Source: a virus (Duplodnaviria; Caudoviricetes). From it: a stretch of DNA of 49,575 bases. The notes under the pieces are model-generated. The model ran no database searches. It was not told the origin of the DNA and saw only the letters and a program-made list of their open reading frames with translations. Location of the stretch: positions 1-49,575 of IMG/VR virus record IMGVR_UViG_3300028145_000005; one strand, written 5' to 3'. This document shows positions 36,166-45,457 of this stretch, one piece after another. The number at the start of each line of letters is the position of its first letter. Positions within the stretch are counted from its first letter, which is position 1. The position numbers and the translations under genes are program-made.

Positions 36166-38768
36166 GGGCGTGTGTATTCAAGTTGCAATCCGTGCACCGC
36201 GACTGCCCCTCCATAGGTGTCTTCAGTCGGGAAACGTTCCAGCTTGAGAACGCCAACATCGCGAGGCATTAAGAGAGAGTTCACACCAAGGTCAATGACC
36301 AGATTGGTCACGATATTGGTGCCGTCGTACTTGGCGATCCAATTGTTGGATCCCCTGACAATCGAGCCGAATAGATTGGTGTGCACATTGTTGGTCGTAC
36401 CGCTTCTGACCTGCAAAATCGAAGCTCCAAAAACCACATTGCTTGTATTCGGGCCATTGGTTGAGGAAAGCGAATAGTTGATCAAGAGCTTGAGGGTGTT
36501 CGTGGCGTAGTCAGGAGGAACCATGAACTGCCATGAGGCGCTCGTGTTGACCCGTGCGCCCTCGGCGTTGGTCTCAGCGTAAACGGTTTCCCAAGCCTGC
36601 CATCCGGCATCAATGGCCGGGTAATTGGTGACGGGAAGCTTGGCCGCTTGCACCGATAGATTGAGTATGTTCGTGGTGCCAGCCAGCGGATTTACGGCGG
36701 CGACGGTGCCCCAGCCTAAAACACCCGATCCGTTGTTCGTAAGCACTGTTGCGGCTGCGCCTTGTGCCGATGGCCATGAATAAGTGATTCTGCGAATCCT
36801 AGTGAGATCACCAACTGGGTCCACCTTAAACATGGCTGTGCCATTGCTTTGAATCAGGAAGGCATCTGGAGAGTCTTGAAAATTGTCTAAAAGCAGCATG
36901 GCCCCAAATGTGCCCCGTGGCTCAAATGACAGCACAACTTGATTGCTCCTCACAGCAGTCAAATGAGGGCCGTCAATATCTACGACAGGTTGGCAATAAC
37001 TATGATTTCCTCCGCCACCATTCCAATCTAGATCCAGTATGGACCCGTCAGTTTGAGAGACTTTGAAAGCCCCGAATGCAGTGTTTGTTCCACTGGCAGT
37101 CGATAACAACACTATCTCTCTGAGATCATTGGCTCCTGTATCCGTATCAACTGCCGAGTAAAGAACCCCACCGAATGAAGTTATAATCGGCTGAAAAAGT
37201 GTAGCGGTGTTGCTGCCTATTTCGATGCCACCGTTGTTGGTTGCGATTATAATTTGAGCAGTGTTGCTTACAATGGTTCCACTTGGATAAAAGAATTTCC
37301 CGTCGTTAGTCCAAATCTGACTGCCAGCTCCACCCGTTGCTGTCACAACACCCCAGCCCAGATTGCCTGCGCCGTCGTTGGTCAGAACAGTCTGAGCAGC
37401 ACCTTGGGCGCTAGGCCAAGAATACGCGACACGCTTCAGGAGCTTTAGGTCGCCAATCCCGTTGACCTCAAACATTGGCGTATTCGAGTTCTGCAAGGAG
37501 AGCAATGTGTCAGTGTTGGTGACGCCGTAGGCGCTGCTAAAAAGGTAAGAGGTGGGGCCAACGGAATAAGTTGGGTCAAGAAGCACGACGTACCTATTGG
37601 CAATTTGAAGGGCTAACTCCACAGTTGAAAGCCCGCCTCCGGTGTCGCCTATTCCGAATACATCAAATCGGGTGGACCCGCCTTCGGCGGCATTCACGGC
37701 TCCCGCCATGGCAAATCCATTGTCGTCAGCTTGAAGCGTGGAGTTTGCGTTTGGACGATCCACGTTTATTGATTTCAGCGACGGATCGGACACATCAATA
37801 AACACACCATTCGTTATCTCCGGTCCGACGTGCATGCTGCCGTCGAGTGAGAAGTGGATGTTGGTTGTGATGGTGGAAATGACCGTGATGTCATTATTGT
37901 CGTTGGTCCAAACCAAGTCCCCGAAGGTTATTCCACCGGGCGCAGCGCGAATAACGAGGGTGTCCTGGTTGGTCAAAAATGTGATGCTGCCATCGTCGTT
38001 GGTGAGAGTCAGGCTGCGTTTAACCTCGAAAGCGTTGGTTTTGGTGCCCCACCGCTGGAATTTGAACAAGGTGATGCCGTTGGTGACAGCTGTGCCGGCT
38101 ACGTAAGGATGCTCTATCCAACTATCTGCCCCTATTGACGTGAACGTGACAGCAAACGAGGCTGGGTTGCTGACTTGAAGATAATAGTCAGCGCCTTCCA
38201 CGAGGTTGGTCAGGAGGACCGCCACGTTCGCTGTGAGGTTGGTGCTGTACCATTGATTGGTGCCGTTGAACCAGCCCAGTCCCGCTGTAGTGGGAAGGAT
38301 CAGCACTCGACTTGAAATTGTGCCGCTATTGGTCGTGATGCCGGAGAAGAAGGCGTTGGTCACGAACAGATTGCTATTCACGTTGATGTTGTTTACCACG
38401 ATGTTCGTTACGTAAATGTTGCTCACGAAAATGTTGCTGATGGCGAACAGGGTCTGGAAGACGGTGATGCTCTGAACCGTAAGATTGGTCGTAAAGACGT
38501 TGGACGTGACCAGTGTCTGGTTCACGAAAATGTTGGTCGTGAACAGATTGCTCGTGTAGGTGTTGTTCACCACAAACAGATTGGTCGTGACAAAGACCGG
38601 GCTGGACCCGTTGGTTATGCCGCCGCCGTCCACGAGGATTTTACCGATACCCACATTCGACCTTATGAGGATGCCGTTGGTGCCGATGAATGCCGTGTAG
38701 GGAGGGTTGGCGGCGAAAGCCCCAATGGCCATCAGGAGCGCAAACAGGACAAGCAGTAATCGTTTCAT
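36162..38768 (-). CDS. Signal-peptide-bearing tail-fibre/adhesin-like protein, Thr/Asn-rich
   Basis: MKRLLLVLFALLMAIGAFA|AN; xTN(L/I)F pentapeptide run; two YSWPSAQGAA.TVLTN.G.G.LGW modules. Confidence 0.75.
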   Translation of the reverse strand: MKRLLLVLFALLMAIGAFAANPPYTAFIGTNGILIRSNVGIGKILVDGGGITNGSSPVFVTTNLFVVNNTYTSNLFTTNIFVNQTLVTSNVFTTNLTVQSITVFQTLFAISNIFVSNIYVTNIVVNNINVNSNLFVTNAFFSGITTNSGTISSRVLILPTTAGLGWFNGTNQWYSTNLTANVAVLLTNLVEGADYYLQVSNPASFAVTFTSIGADSWIEHPYVAGTAVTNGITLFKFQRWGTKTNAFEVKRSLTLTNDDGSITFLTNQDTLVIRAAPGGITFGDLVWTNDNNDITVISTITTNIHFSLDGSMHVGPEITNGVFIDVSDPSLKSINVDRPNANSTLQADDNGFAMAGAVNAAEGGSTRFDVFGIGDTGGGLSTVELALQIANRYVVLLDPTYSVGPTSYLFSSAYGVTNTDTLLSLQNSNTPMFEVNGIGDLKLLKRVAYSWPSAQGAAQTVLTNDGAGNLGWGVVTATGGAGSQIWTNDGKFFYPSGTIVSNTAQIIIATNNGGIEIGSNTATLFQPIITSFGGVLYSAVDTDTGANDLREIVLLSTASGTNTAFGAFKVSQTDGSILDLDWNGGGGNHSYCQPVVDIDGPHLTAVRSNQVVLSFEPRGTFGAMLLLDNFQDSPDAFLIQSNGTAMFKVDPVGDLTRIRRITYSWPSAQGAAATVLTNNGSGVLGWGTVAAVNPLAGTTNILNLSVQAAKLPVTNYPAIDAGWQAWETVYAETNAEGARVNTSASWQFMVPPDYATNTLKLLINYSLSSTNGPNTSNVVFGASILQVRSGTTNNVHTNLFGSIVRGSNNWIAKYDGTNIVTNLVIDLGVNSLLMPRDVGVLKLERFPTEDTYGGAVAVHGLQLEYTRP

Positions 38769-38775
38769 AGATGTC

Positions 38776-41700
38776 TCAGTTAAGCCCAGGAGTGTAGGTT
38801 ATTGCCCGGTAATCGTTGGTGATGACTGCCGCAATCCGTGATTCTCCCTGGAATACGAAAATGTTGGTGATACCATTATTTTGAGCGAACGGCATATTCG
38901 TTGCGTAACATGAAAGGGGCCCATTTCCAGCGGAGTTAACAGCACCGCTAACGTTCCATAGGACCTTACTCTCTACTCGCTGAGAAGAATTGCCTGTACG
39001 AGTCATTCGTATGGTCACCGCCCACGGGCAATTCGAGGCCGTAATAAGCCCGGTATCGAATATGGTTGCTGTGCCATAGATAGCTTTGAATCCGTTGGTC
39101 GTAGTGGTTGCAAACTTAAATTGGCCCGACAAATAAAACTCCAATTCATCTCCAGTGTTGGTGAGGGTATTACCGGGAACGGTGTAAGTGAACAGATTCG
39201 TGTAAGCTGCCGTCCCGCTATGGTTTGTTGTGGCCGTTGATGCATCAATAAAAATTCTCCCACCTACCCAGGCGTTGCTCGTACCCTGACCCGCTTTCAC
39301 CAGCAGGTTGCTGCTGGCATAGAGCGTGCCTTTGGTCTCGGCTCCAATCCAGTTGGTCGCTCCACCAGCTGTGTCTACTCGCCCACCATTCGTGACGCTC
39401 CCGGTCAGCAACGACCCGCCGATATTGGTGAACCCGCCCGCAATGGCCAGCCACCCTGCGTTAGTGGCATTTCCCCTGGTTTCCACCGCTGCCCAGTTAG
39501 TGACGCCACCCAGAATGTTTAAGCTCGAAGTGTTGGTCTGCGTCCCCATGAAGGCTACGTTGCTGGCCACAAGTGTGATTCCGTTATTGGTCAATGCGAA
39601 GATGACAGGCACACCATTGGTGTTGAGCACCTGGAAACTGTTTGTGCCCATTCCGGGAACGTTGGTCACAGTCAACGCTGGGGCTGTTCCGTTTCCGGTT
39701 GGATAAACCACTATATTGGTTAGCAGGGCTCCATCCTTGATGGATAAAGGAGCACCTAGGAACTGATTTCCGTTAGTCGTCAGCACAGGACCTGTTCCCC
39801 AACCAAGATTGCCCGAGCCGTCGTTGGTGAGCATGGTTTGGGCCGAGCCTTGAGAACTAGGCCACTTGTAGGCGATTTTTTTCAGTGTTCGGAGGTCGCC
39901 CACCCCATCAACTGCGAATACCGGGAAATTGCTGTTCTGGAGACTCATTATCATTTGCGTATTCGTCGTTCGATACGTAGTTCCAAAAACATAGCCGGTT
40001 GGACTAGTGTGAAAACCGGGATCAATCAAGAAAGGCGTGATGAGGGTTCCTCCCCTATTCTGAATCAATAACGACGCCACAAACTTCTCCCAATTAGCCG
40101 AATCATTACCTACTCTCATTGAGAACAGGGTGTTTCCGGTTCCATCATTATTAGCAGTAAGGTTTAGCCCGCCATAGTTTGTGCTGACATCTAGTTCTGA
40201 AGTGCAGAGATTACCAGCAACACCGTTATACATCTGCAAACTGATTAGTTTATTCTGATAATCTCCGAAAGCTACGTCATATGCCGCATCAATCGACATT
40301 TGCGGAACTAGAATGTAATTGGTCGAGCCAAGCATCATGCCTTGATCTCCGACAACCATGGCGCTGCGTCCTCCGTTGAAGACAGCAAACAACGTGTTAG
40401 TACCGCCGCTCCTGTAATGATCCGTTTGAAACAGAAAGTTGGTTGTGTACACTTCCAGACCAGTGGAACCATCATTAGTTGGATTCAGGACAATGTTTGT
40501 TGGGTAAGCGACCGGATAGAGGGTTCCTAATTTATTTGTCCACACCAAATCCGAAAAGCTCACCGAGCCTCCAGTCACGCTGGCAGCAATCACGTAATTG
40601 CTCCCATTTGGCGTAAGGGTGACGTTGGCCCCCGCCTCTAGCCCCCTGATTTCTCCCGTTGTGTTGGTCGCTCCCGCCGCGTTCCCAACCCCGACTACGA
40701 GAGGCTTAATGGTGGCGTTGGAAAGCGTTTGGCTGAACAGATTCGTGATCGCCCCAGTGCCAGAGAGATTGGTAAGCGTCGTGCTGGACGGTTGTAGTTG
40801 CGCCGACCATCCCAAGGCACCCGATCCGCTGTTTGTGAGCACAGTCCCAGCTGCGCCCTGAACCGGAGGGAACACGTAACCGATATTATTTATCGTGGTG
40901 GCATTTCCGATACTGGAAAACGGCACAAAATTGTTTGTAGACGTGATGACGAATGTCATGCCAGCAATGTGTCTTGCGTCAGCCAACATGCGAATTTCTC
41001 CCCCGAATTGGGATCCACCATCGAGCTTGCTGTTTAGGGTGAGTCCCGAAAATCCGTCGTCGATGTAACCGACTATGGAAGATTTAGCGCCATTACTGAA
41101 GGCCCCGAACTCGAATCTAGGGAGGTATTGTTCACCATTGGTTATCGACCTATAAGCGACGAAGAAATCATTTGTGCTCAACGACGCCCCAATAATCGTG
41201 TCGTTCTGATTTGTTCCAATGGTTATCGGTCGTTGCATCTCAAGGCGGTTAGTCCATGTGACAGGATGAATTCTACCAGATGGATCATTGGTCCATAACA
41301 AGTCGGCAAATGTCACCCCTCCTGCAATGGAAGCCGCAATCACGTAATTGCTTCCGTTCGGAGTAAGCGTGATGTTTGCACCCGCCTCTAGTCCACGAAT
41401 CTCGCCAGTAGTGTTGGTTGCGCCGGCCGCTGTCCCCACTCCAACCACAAGGGGTTTCATGGTGGCGTTGGAAAGAGATAGCGTGAAAAGGTTAGTGATT
41501 GCGCCTGTGCCTGAGAGGTTGGTCAGGAACAGGCTGGCTGGTTGTCGAAATACGATCCAGTTGGTAACCGACGCGGAGTTAGTGGCTGCCGTTACGTAAT
41601 TGGAAACGGAATTAACCCAGTTCGAGACTCCAACGACGTTGGTGGTGCTGGCTGTTTGCGCCCAATCATTCGCACTTACGATGTTGGAAGCATTCATCGT

Positions 41701-43662
41701 AATGGAGTGACCGCTGCCCTGTTCGATTCCGAACATGGTCAGGGTGCCAGCCGTATAACTGTTGGTCAGAGGTTTACTGGTCGCGTTGGTAGTGCTCAGG
41801 GAAACGAAGTTGGTGACGTTCTTTCCAACAGTAGCCACCAGATTCGTCAGGACAGCCGATCCGAATTGCTTAGTTTCTGCTAAGTTGCTGATCGCATTAG
41901 CCCAATTGGTCAGAAATGTCGTGGAAACGACATTGGCCATTACCCCGGTGGGGATGTTCGACCAGTTAGTAAGGCTGGCAGAGCCGAATTGCTTGGTCTG
42001 GGCGAGGTTGCTGATGGAGTTGGCCCAGTTTGTGAGATAATCAACCGCAACCACGTTCGCCATTGCGCCAGTTGGGATGTTGGACCAATTGGTGAGATTG
42101 GCTGAACCAAGTTGCTTGGTTTCCGCCAGATTGCTTATGGCGTTGGCCCAGTTCGTCAGGAAAGTGGTGGAGACCACATTGGCCATCGCGCCAGTGGGTA
42201 TATTCGACCAGTTGGTCAGGTTTTGGGAACCGAACTGACGGTCATTCCAAACATTCGTGGGATAAAGGCTCCAGTTGGAGTCAGCACTGGAATTGGTCAC
42301 GTCTCCCTCGGCATTGATCACGGCTGACCGCGACACTGTCAGGTGTGGCAGGTTCAGTTGCGTGCCATTGGTGACTGGGCCTGAAGCGTAAATCCAGCCG
42401 TTGGACACTTCTAGGCTCGATTGGACGTTGATGTTAGTGAGGAACGCACCGTCCTTGATCGAGAGCGGAACTCCGAGAAACTGATTGGCGTTGGTCGTCA
42501 GGCCCGCCGAGCCTGAGCCAGCCGAAACCGGCCACCACCCAAGAGCGCCAGAACCGTTATTCGTTAGCGCCGTTCCGGCTGCGCCTTGGCTGCTAGGCCA
42601 CAGATAGGGGATCTTCTTGATCAGCCTGAGGTCGCCCACTCCGTCTACTTCCAACACAGGGAAGTTGCTGTTTTGAAGCGATAAAAGCATGTCGGTATTG
42701 GTGATGCGAATGCTGCTGCTAAACAGATAATTGGTCCGGGTAAGCAGACTGAAATTGGGGTCCATTTGCATGTAGGTCGCCCCGTCCACCAACGCCTGCA
42801 TGGTAAAGCTGTTAAAGTCCTGCGGATTATCGCCCGCGCCGGCCTGAACGGAGAATCGGGTGAATTTCACCCCGCCTTCCTTGTTGGCGAAAAGAATCAG
42901 CGCACCGTAATTGGTGTCGATGATCAGATCCGAGGCTCCGCTATAGCCCACCACACTATTGCCGCTCAGCGTGAAAATCTCCTGTTGATTGGTTTCGCCC
43001 AGTGCCGTGTCAAATATCCCATAGAGCACCCCTCCCGGAAATGGTCCAGTATTGCCTTTACCCGAGAACAATCCGCCGTCTGGCCCAATCGTGAGCGCAT
43101 TACTGCCGCCATTGTAGATTTCGAACAGTTTGCTCGCTGCATTGGTCCGGTTCACCCGGGAATCGAAGTAAAAGTTCGTTCCTACCCCGTCGTCAGGCAC
43201 GTTGACCCGGAGCAGGATGTTAGTCGGGAAAGCGATAGGCTTGAGAGTGCCGTTATCGTTGGTCCAGGTGTGGGGCGTGGAAGCTCCTCCTGCAACGACA
43301 TTGTTGGACCACTTTTTCACTGTCGCATTCCAGATCGGAACCTGACCCTCAGTCGGAGTAGGTCCGAAATGCGAGTTGGTCGTGAGTGGGGAGCGAAGGA
43401 CGGGCGGGGCGGGTTGTGCCCAGATTGCCTGTAGCCCTAGTAAAAGTACTAGGACAGGCACCAACCGCTTTCCATTCTGTAACAGTGCCCGAATGCCCTG
43501 AGCAGGAGAAGTCAGTCGGTGCGTGACCCTGACCCATTCTAGGAGTTTGGATTGGCCAGCCAACACCCGTGCATGTTCCCTCTTCAACTGTTCAAGCTCA
43601 GCTGAGAGGGACCTAATCTTAGCCGGCCAACGCCAAAAGGCATATTTATCAGGGATTTTCAT
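38776..43662 (-). CDS. Very large tail-fibre/adhesin-like protein with extended signal-peptide-like N-terminus
   Basis: ATG 43662 is ATGA-coupled; KRLVPVLVLLLGLQAIWA|Q; three Y.(W/F)P..QG.A.T.LTN.GSG.LGW modules; internal repeats. Confidence 0.75.
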   Translation of the reverse strand: MKIPDKYAFWRWPAKIRSLSAELEQLKREHARVLAGQSKLLEWVRVTHRLTSPAQGIRALLQNGKRLVPVLVLLLGLQAIWAQPAPPVLRSPLTTNSHFGPTPTEGQVPIWNATVKKWSNNVVAGGASTPHTWTNDNGTLKPIAFPTNILLRVNVPDDGVGTNFYFDSRVNRTNAASKLFEIYNGGSNALTIGPDGGLFSGKGNTGPFPGGVLYGIFDTALGETNQQEIFTLSGNSVVGYSGASDLIIDTNYGALILFANKEGGVKFTRFSVQAGAGDNPQDFNSFTMQALVDGATYMQMDPNFSLLTRTNYLFSSSIRITNTDMLLSLQNSNFPVLEVDGVGDLRLIKKIPYLWPSSQGAAGTALTNNGSGALGWWPVSAGSGSAGLTTNANQFLGVPLSIKDGAFLTNINVQSSLEVSNGWIYASGPVTNGTQLNLPHLTVSRSAVINAEGDVTNSSADSNWSLYPTNVWNDRQFGSQNLTNWSNIPTGAMANVVSTTFLTNWANAISNLAETKQLGSANLTNWSNIPTGAMANVVAVDYLTNWANSISNLAQTKQFGSASLTNWSNIPTGVMANVVSTTFLTNWANAISNLAETKQFGSAVLTNLVATVGKNVTNFVSLSTTNATSKPLTNSYTAGTLTMFGIEQGSGHSITMNASNIVSANDWAQTASTTNVVGVSNWVNSVSNYVTAATNSASVTNWIVFRQPASLFLTNLSGTGAITNLFTLSLSNATMKPLVVGVGTAAGATNTTGEIRGLEAGANITLTPNGSNYVIAASIAGGVTFADLLWTNDPSGRIHPVTWTNRLEMQRPITIGTNQNDTIIGASLSTNDFFVAYRSITNGEQYLPRFEFGAFSNGAKSSIVGYIDDGFSGLTLNSKLDGGSQFGGEIRMLADARHIAGMTFVITSTNNFVPFSSIGNATTINNIGYVFPPVQGAAGTVLTNSGSGALGWSAQLQPSSTTLTNLSGTGAITNLFSQTLSNATIKPLVVGVGNAAGATNTTGEIRGLEAGANVTLTPNGSNYVIAASVTGGSVSFSDLVWTNKLGTLYPVAYPTNIVLNPTNDGSTGLEVYTTNFLFQTDHYRSGGTNTLFAVFNGGRSAMVVGDQGMMLGSTNYILVPQMSIDAAYDVAFGDYQNKLISLQMYNGVAGNLCTSELDVSTNYGGLNLTANNDGTGNTLFSMRVGNDSANWEKFVASLLIQNRGGTLITPFLIDPGFHTSPTGYVFGTTYRTTNTQMIMSLQNSNFPVFAVDGVGDLRTLKKIAYKWPSSQGSAQTMLTNDGSGNLGWGTGPVLTTNGNQFLGAPLSIKDGALLTNIVVYPTGNGTAPALTVTNVPGMGTNSFQVLNTNGVPVIFALTNNGITLVASNVAFMGTQTNTSSLNILGGVTNWAAVETRGNATNAGWLAIAGGFTNIGGSLLTGSVTNGGRVDTAGGATNWIGAETKGTLYASSNLLVKAGQGTSNAWVGGRIFIDASTATTNHSGTAAYTNLFTYTVPGNTLTNTGDELEFYLSGQFKFATTTTNGFKAIYGTATIFDTGLITASNCPWAVTIRMTRTGNSSQRVESKVLWNVSGAVNSAGNGPLSCYATNMPFAQNNGITNIFVFQGESRIAAVITNDYRAITYTPGLN
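40540..41540 (-). repeat. Internal duplication of a ~80-aa module in the large fibre (about 41290-41540 and 40540-40790)
   Basis: LTNLSGTGAITNLF...KPLVVGVG.AAGATNTTGEIRGLEAGAN.TLTPNGSNYVIAAS...F.DL.WTN occurs twice. Confidence 0.85.
41860..42240 (-). repeat. 123-bp (41-aa) tandem repeat x3 in the large fibre
   Basis: KQFGSxxLTNWSNIPTGxMANVVxxxxLTNWANxISNLAxT; anchors at 41933, 42056 and 42179. Confidence 0.9.
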
Positions 43663-44054
43663 ATTCCACCGATCAACATTGCCCAAAGACTCAGGTTATC
43701 GTCCCAGTACCAGAAGCTGGACGTGCTCCGGTTGTAGTACAGAGCGCACTCACAATTGGGAGCGGCCACAGGGTCCGCATCCCCGCACATTAGGCAACTG
43801 TTTCCGCTTCCGCCGCCTGCATGGAGAATTTCGCAAAGCAACTGGGTCTGAATGACGGACAACTGGAAGGGGAACAGGCAGGCAAAACAGCTGGAGTCAT
43901 CGAGTAAATCCTGAACATTGCAACTAGCCATGGGGTTTTGTATGTGCAGGATTCGGCAGAGCAACACCGTCTTGATCAGTTCGAGTTGGCCAGGACTCAG
44001 ATTGCTCATCGAGGCCGCTGCTTGCATTAGCTCGTTGGTGGTGCATGTGGCCAT
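43659..44054 (-). CDS. Cys-rich small virion-associated protein (two C...LLC.IL motifs)
   Basis: CTTNELM...VLLCRIL; CNVQDLLDDSSCFAC...LLCEIL. Confidence 0.7.
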   Translation of the reverse strand: MATCTTNELMQAAASMSNLSPGQLELIKTVLLCRILHIQNPMASCNVQDLLDDSSCFACLFPFQLSVIQTQLLCEILHAGGGSGNSCLMCGDADPVAAPNCECALYYNRSTSSFWYWDDNLSLWAMLIGGI

Positions 44055-44060
44055 GAATAA

Positions 44061-44363
44061 TCAGATCCATGCACCCGTACCTATGTTCCACTGAAGGAGG
44101 TTGCCGCCACCAACTGGATAATCCAGGGCGGGCAACGTGGGATCATCGGGCGCGGCCGGGGCGCGACCTTGATAAAGTTGGCATCCGATGAACTTGCGCA
44201 ATTGAGCGGCCGTGGCCTTCTTAGTGATGGGCGCACCACTCGGATCATCGACAACGGCGAAAAGATCATCGGCCGTTACGGCTGCGGCGCTGGGAAGCTG
44301 CGTGATTTTTTTGTCAGCCGTAAATACCTCCAGGATTAAATGTTGACGTTTCCGGTAACGCAC
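44061..44363 (-). CDS. Small virion decoration/fibre-like protein; native 5' end apparently displaced by the HNH cassette
   Basis: ADKKITQLPSAAAVTADDLFAVVD resembles a common phage fibre N-terminal motif but has no ATG directly before it; GTG 44363 has an AAGGA RBS. Confidence 0.6.
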   Translation of the reverse strand: MRYRKRQHLILEVFTADKKITQLPSAAAVTADDLFAVVDDPSGAPITKKATAAQLRKFIGCQLYQGRAPAAPDDPTLPALDYPVGGGNLLQWNIGTGAWI

Positions 44364-44996
44364 TCATATCCTTCGCGCCATGAATTACGCCTTTAAGGAT
44401 ATAACGGGCAAAAGATTTGGAAGTCTCACCGTTTTGCGGTTGCATCCCGAACGGACGCAGGAGGGCCGTGCTCAATGGATTTGCAGATGCGATTGCGGGG
44501 AAACTGTTGTGTACGGCGGAAAGTGGCTTAGGAATGGGGATTGCGTCAGTTGCGGGTGCATCAGGGGGAAGGCTTCGATTACACACGGATTGACCGGAAC
44601 GGCAGAACACAGAATTTGGGGCCTTCTCAACACAAGATGCCGATGCGACAGGAATCCCAGTTTCAAAAATTACGGCGGACGCGGCATAAAGGTTTGTGCG
44701 CGATGGAGGCGATTTGAAAATTTTATCAAGGACATGGGGCCACGTCCGTCTCCAAAACACTGCATTGAGCGCATTAACAATGACGGCAATTACGAGCCGT
44801 CCAATTGCCGATGGGGAACAAGAACCGATCAGGCTAGGAATCGGCGCACGAGTAGGCTGATCACTTTTAATGGGAAGACCAAAACTGCGGCTGAATGGGC
44901 CGAGGCTACTGGAATTTCGTCGAACACCATTAGGTCGAGACTCGATGTACAGGGATGGAGCGTATCCAAGTCTCTCACCGAGCCAGTTTAACGTAA
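44319..44996 (+). mobile_element. HNH cassette bounded by 5-bp direct repeats CGTAA
   Basis: CGTAA at 44319-44323 and 44992-44996; removing 673 nt gives ATG AGA ATT ACG GCT GAC AAA on the minus strand. Confidence 0.55.
44380..44991 (+). CDS. HNH homing endonuclease (YGGRGI-type), antisense to the late operon
   Basis: DITGKRFGSLTV...WICRCDCG, NYGGRGIKVC, ERINNDGNYEPSNCRW. Confidence 0.9.
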   Translation: MNYAFKDITGKRFGSLTVLRLHPERTQEGRAQWICRCDCGETVVYGGKWLRNGDCVSCGCIRGKASITHGLTGTAEHRIWGLLNTRCRCDRNPSFKNYGGRGIKVCARWRRFENFIKDMGPRPSPKHCIERINNDGNYEPSNCRWGTRTDQARNRRTSRLITFNGKTKTAAEWAEATGISSNTIRSRLDVQGWSVSKSLTEPV

Positions 44997-44999
44997 TTC

Positions 45000-45203
45000 T
45001 CATTCTTGGCGCAATTTATCCGCTGCCTCGCTGTCTATGATCTCTCCTAACTCAGTCAGGATGTAGAACGTGGACCCGGTAAGACCACCATTGTCCATGA
45101 TGGAACACAGTAGGCTCAAGATAATAGGCATATTGGATCCTCGATCCACGCAGTACATAATGCATTTGGCATCTTCCAGTAATGTGTTTGGGTCACAGGC
45201 CAT
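45000..45203 (-). CDS. Cys-rich small virion-associated protein
   Basis: MACDPNTLLEDAKCIMYC...LLCSIM; C-terminal YILTELGEII. Confidence 0.7.
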   Translation of the reverse strand: MACDPNTLLEDAKCIMYCVDRGSNMPIILSLLCSIMDNGGLTGSTFYILTELGEIIDSEAADKLRQE

Positions 45204-45438
45204 CTAGGATGTCGCAAAGGATTTTGATTTTAACCGCCTGCATGGCCCCAGGCGGGATGCAGCCCAGGATGCAACTAGCCTGTTTGGCTAGGTAATCGGG
45301 GTCACAGGGAAGGTCTTCCCCGTCACGGATGGCGCACAGAAGCAGAATCTCGACAGCCGCGTAGAGTCCACCAAGGGAGTCGTACTTGCAGGAAAAGCAT
45401 TTGCTATCCTCCAGCAACTGATTTGGATCGCAGGCCAT
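45193..45438 (-). CDS. Cys-rich small virion-associated protein (tandem motif)
   Basis: MACDPNQLLEDSKCFSC...LLLCAI; CDPDYLAKQASCILGC...ILCDIL. Confidence 0.7.
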   Translation of the reverse strand: MACDPNQLLEDSKCFSCKYDSLGGLYAAVEILLLCAIRDGEDLPCDPDYLAKQASCILGCIPPGAMQAVKIKILCDILDGL

Positions 45439-45457
45439 AGTTATGAGGCTTTCATAA

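Noticed and set aside
43437-43452. Palindrome CTAGTA-AAAG-TACTAG sharing the GTAAAAGTAC core with the 9016 motif
   Set aside because: Lies in the Leu/Val codons of the signal-like segment and lacks the GGACTA half; probably coincidental
36162-43662. Diversity-generating retroelement or CRISPR explanation for the fibre repeats
   Set aside because: The repeats are in-frame coding modules differing mainly at synonymous sites; no adenine-specific pattern, RT or spacer structure was seen
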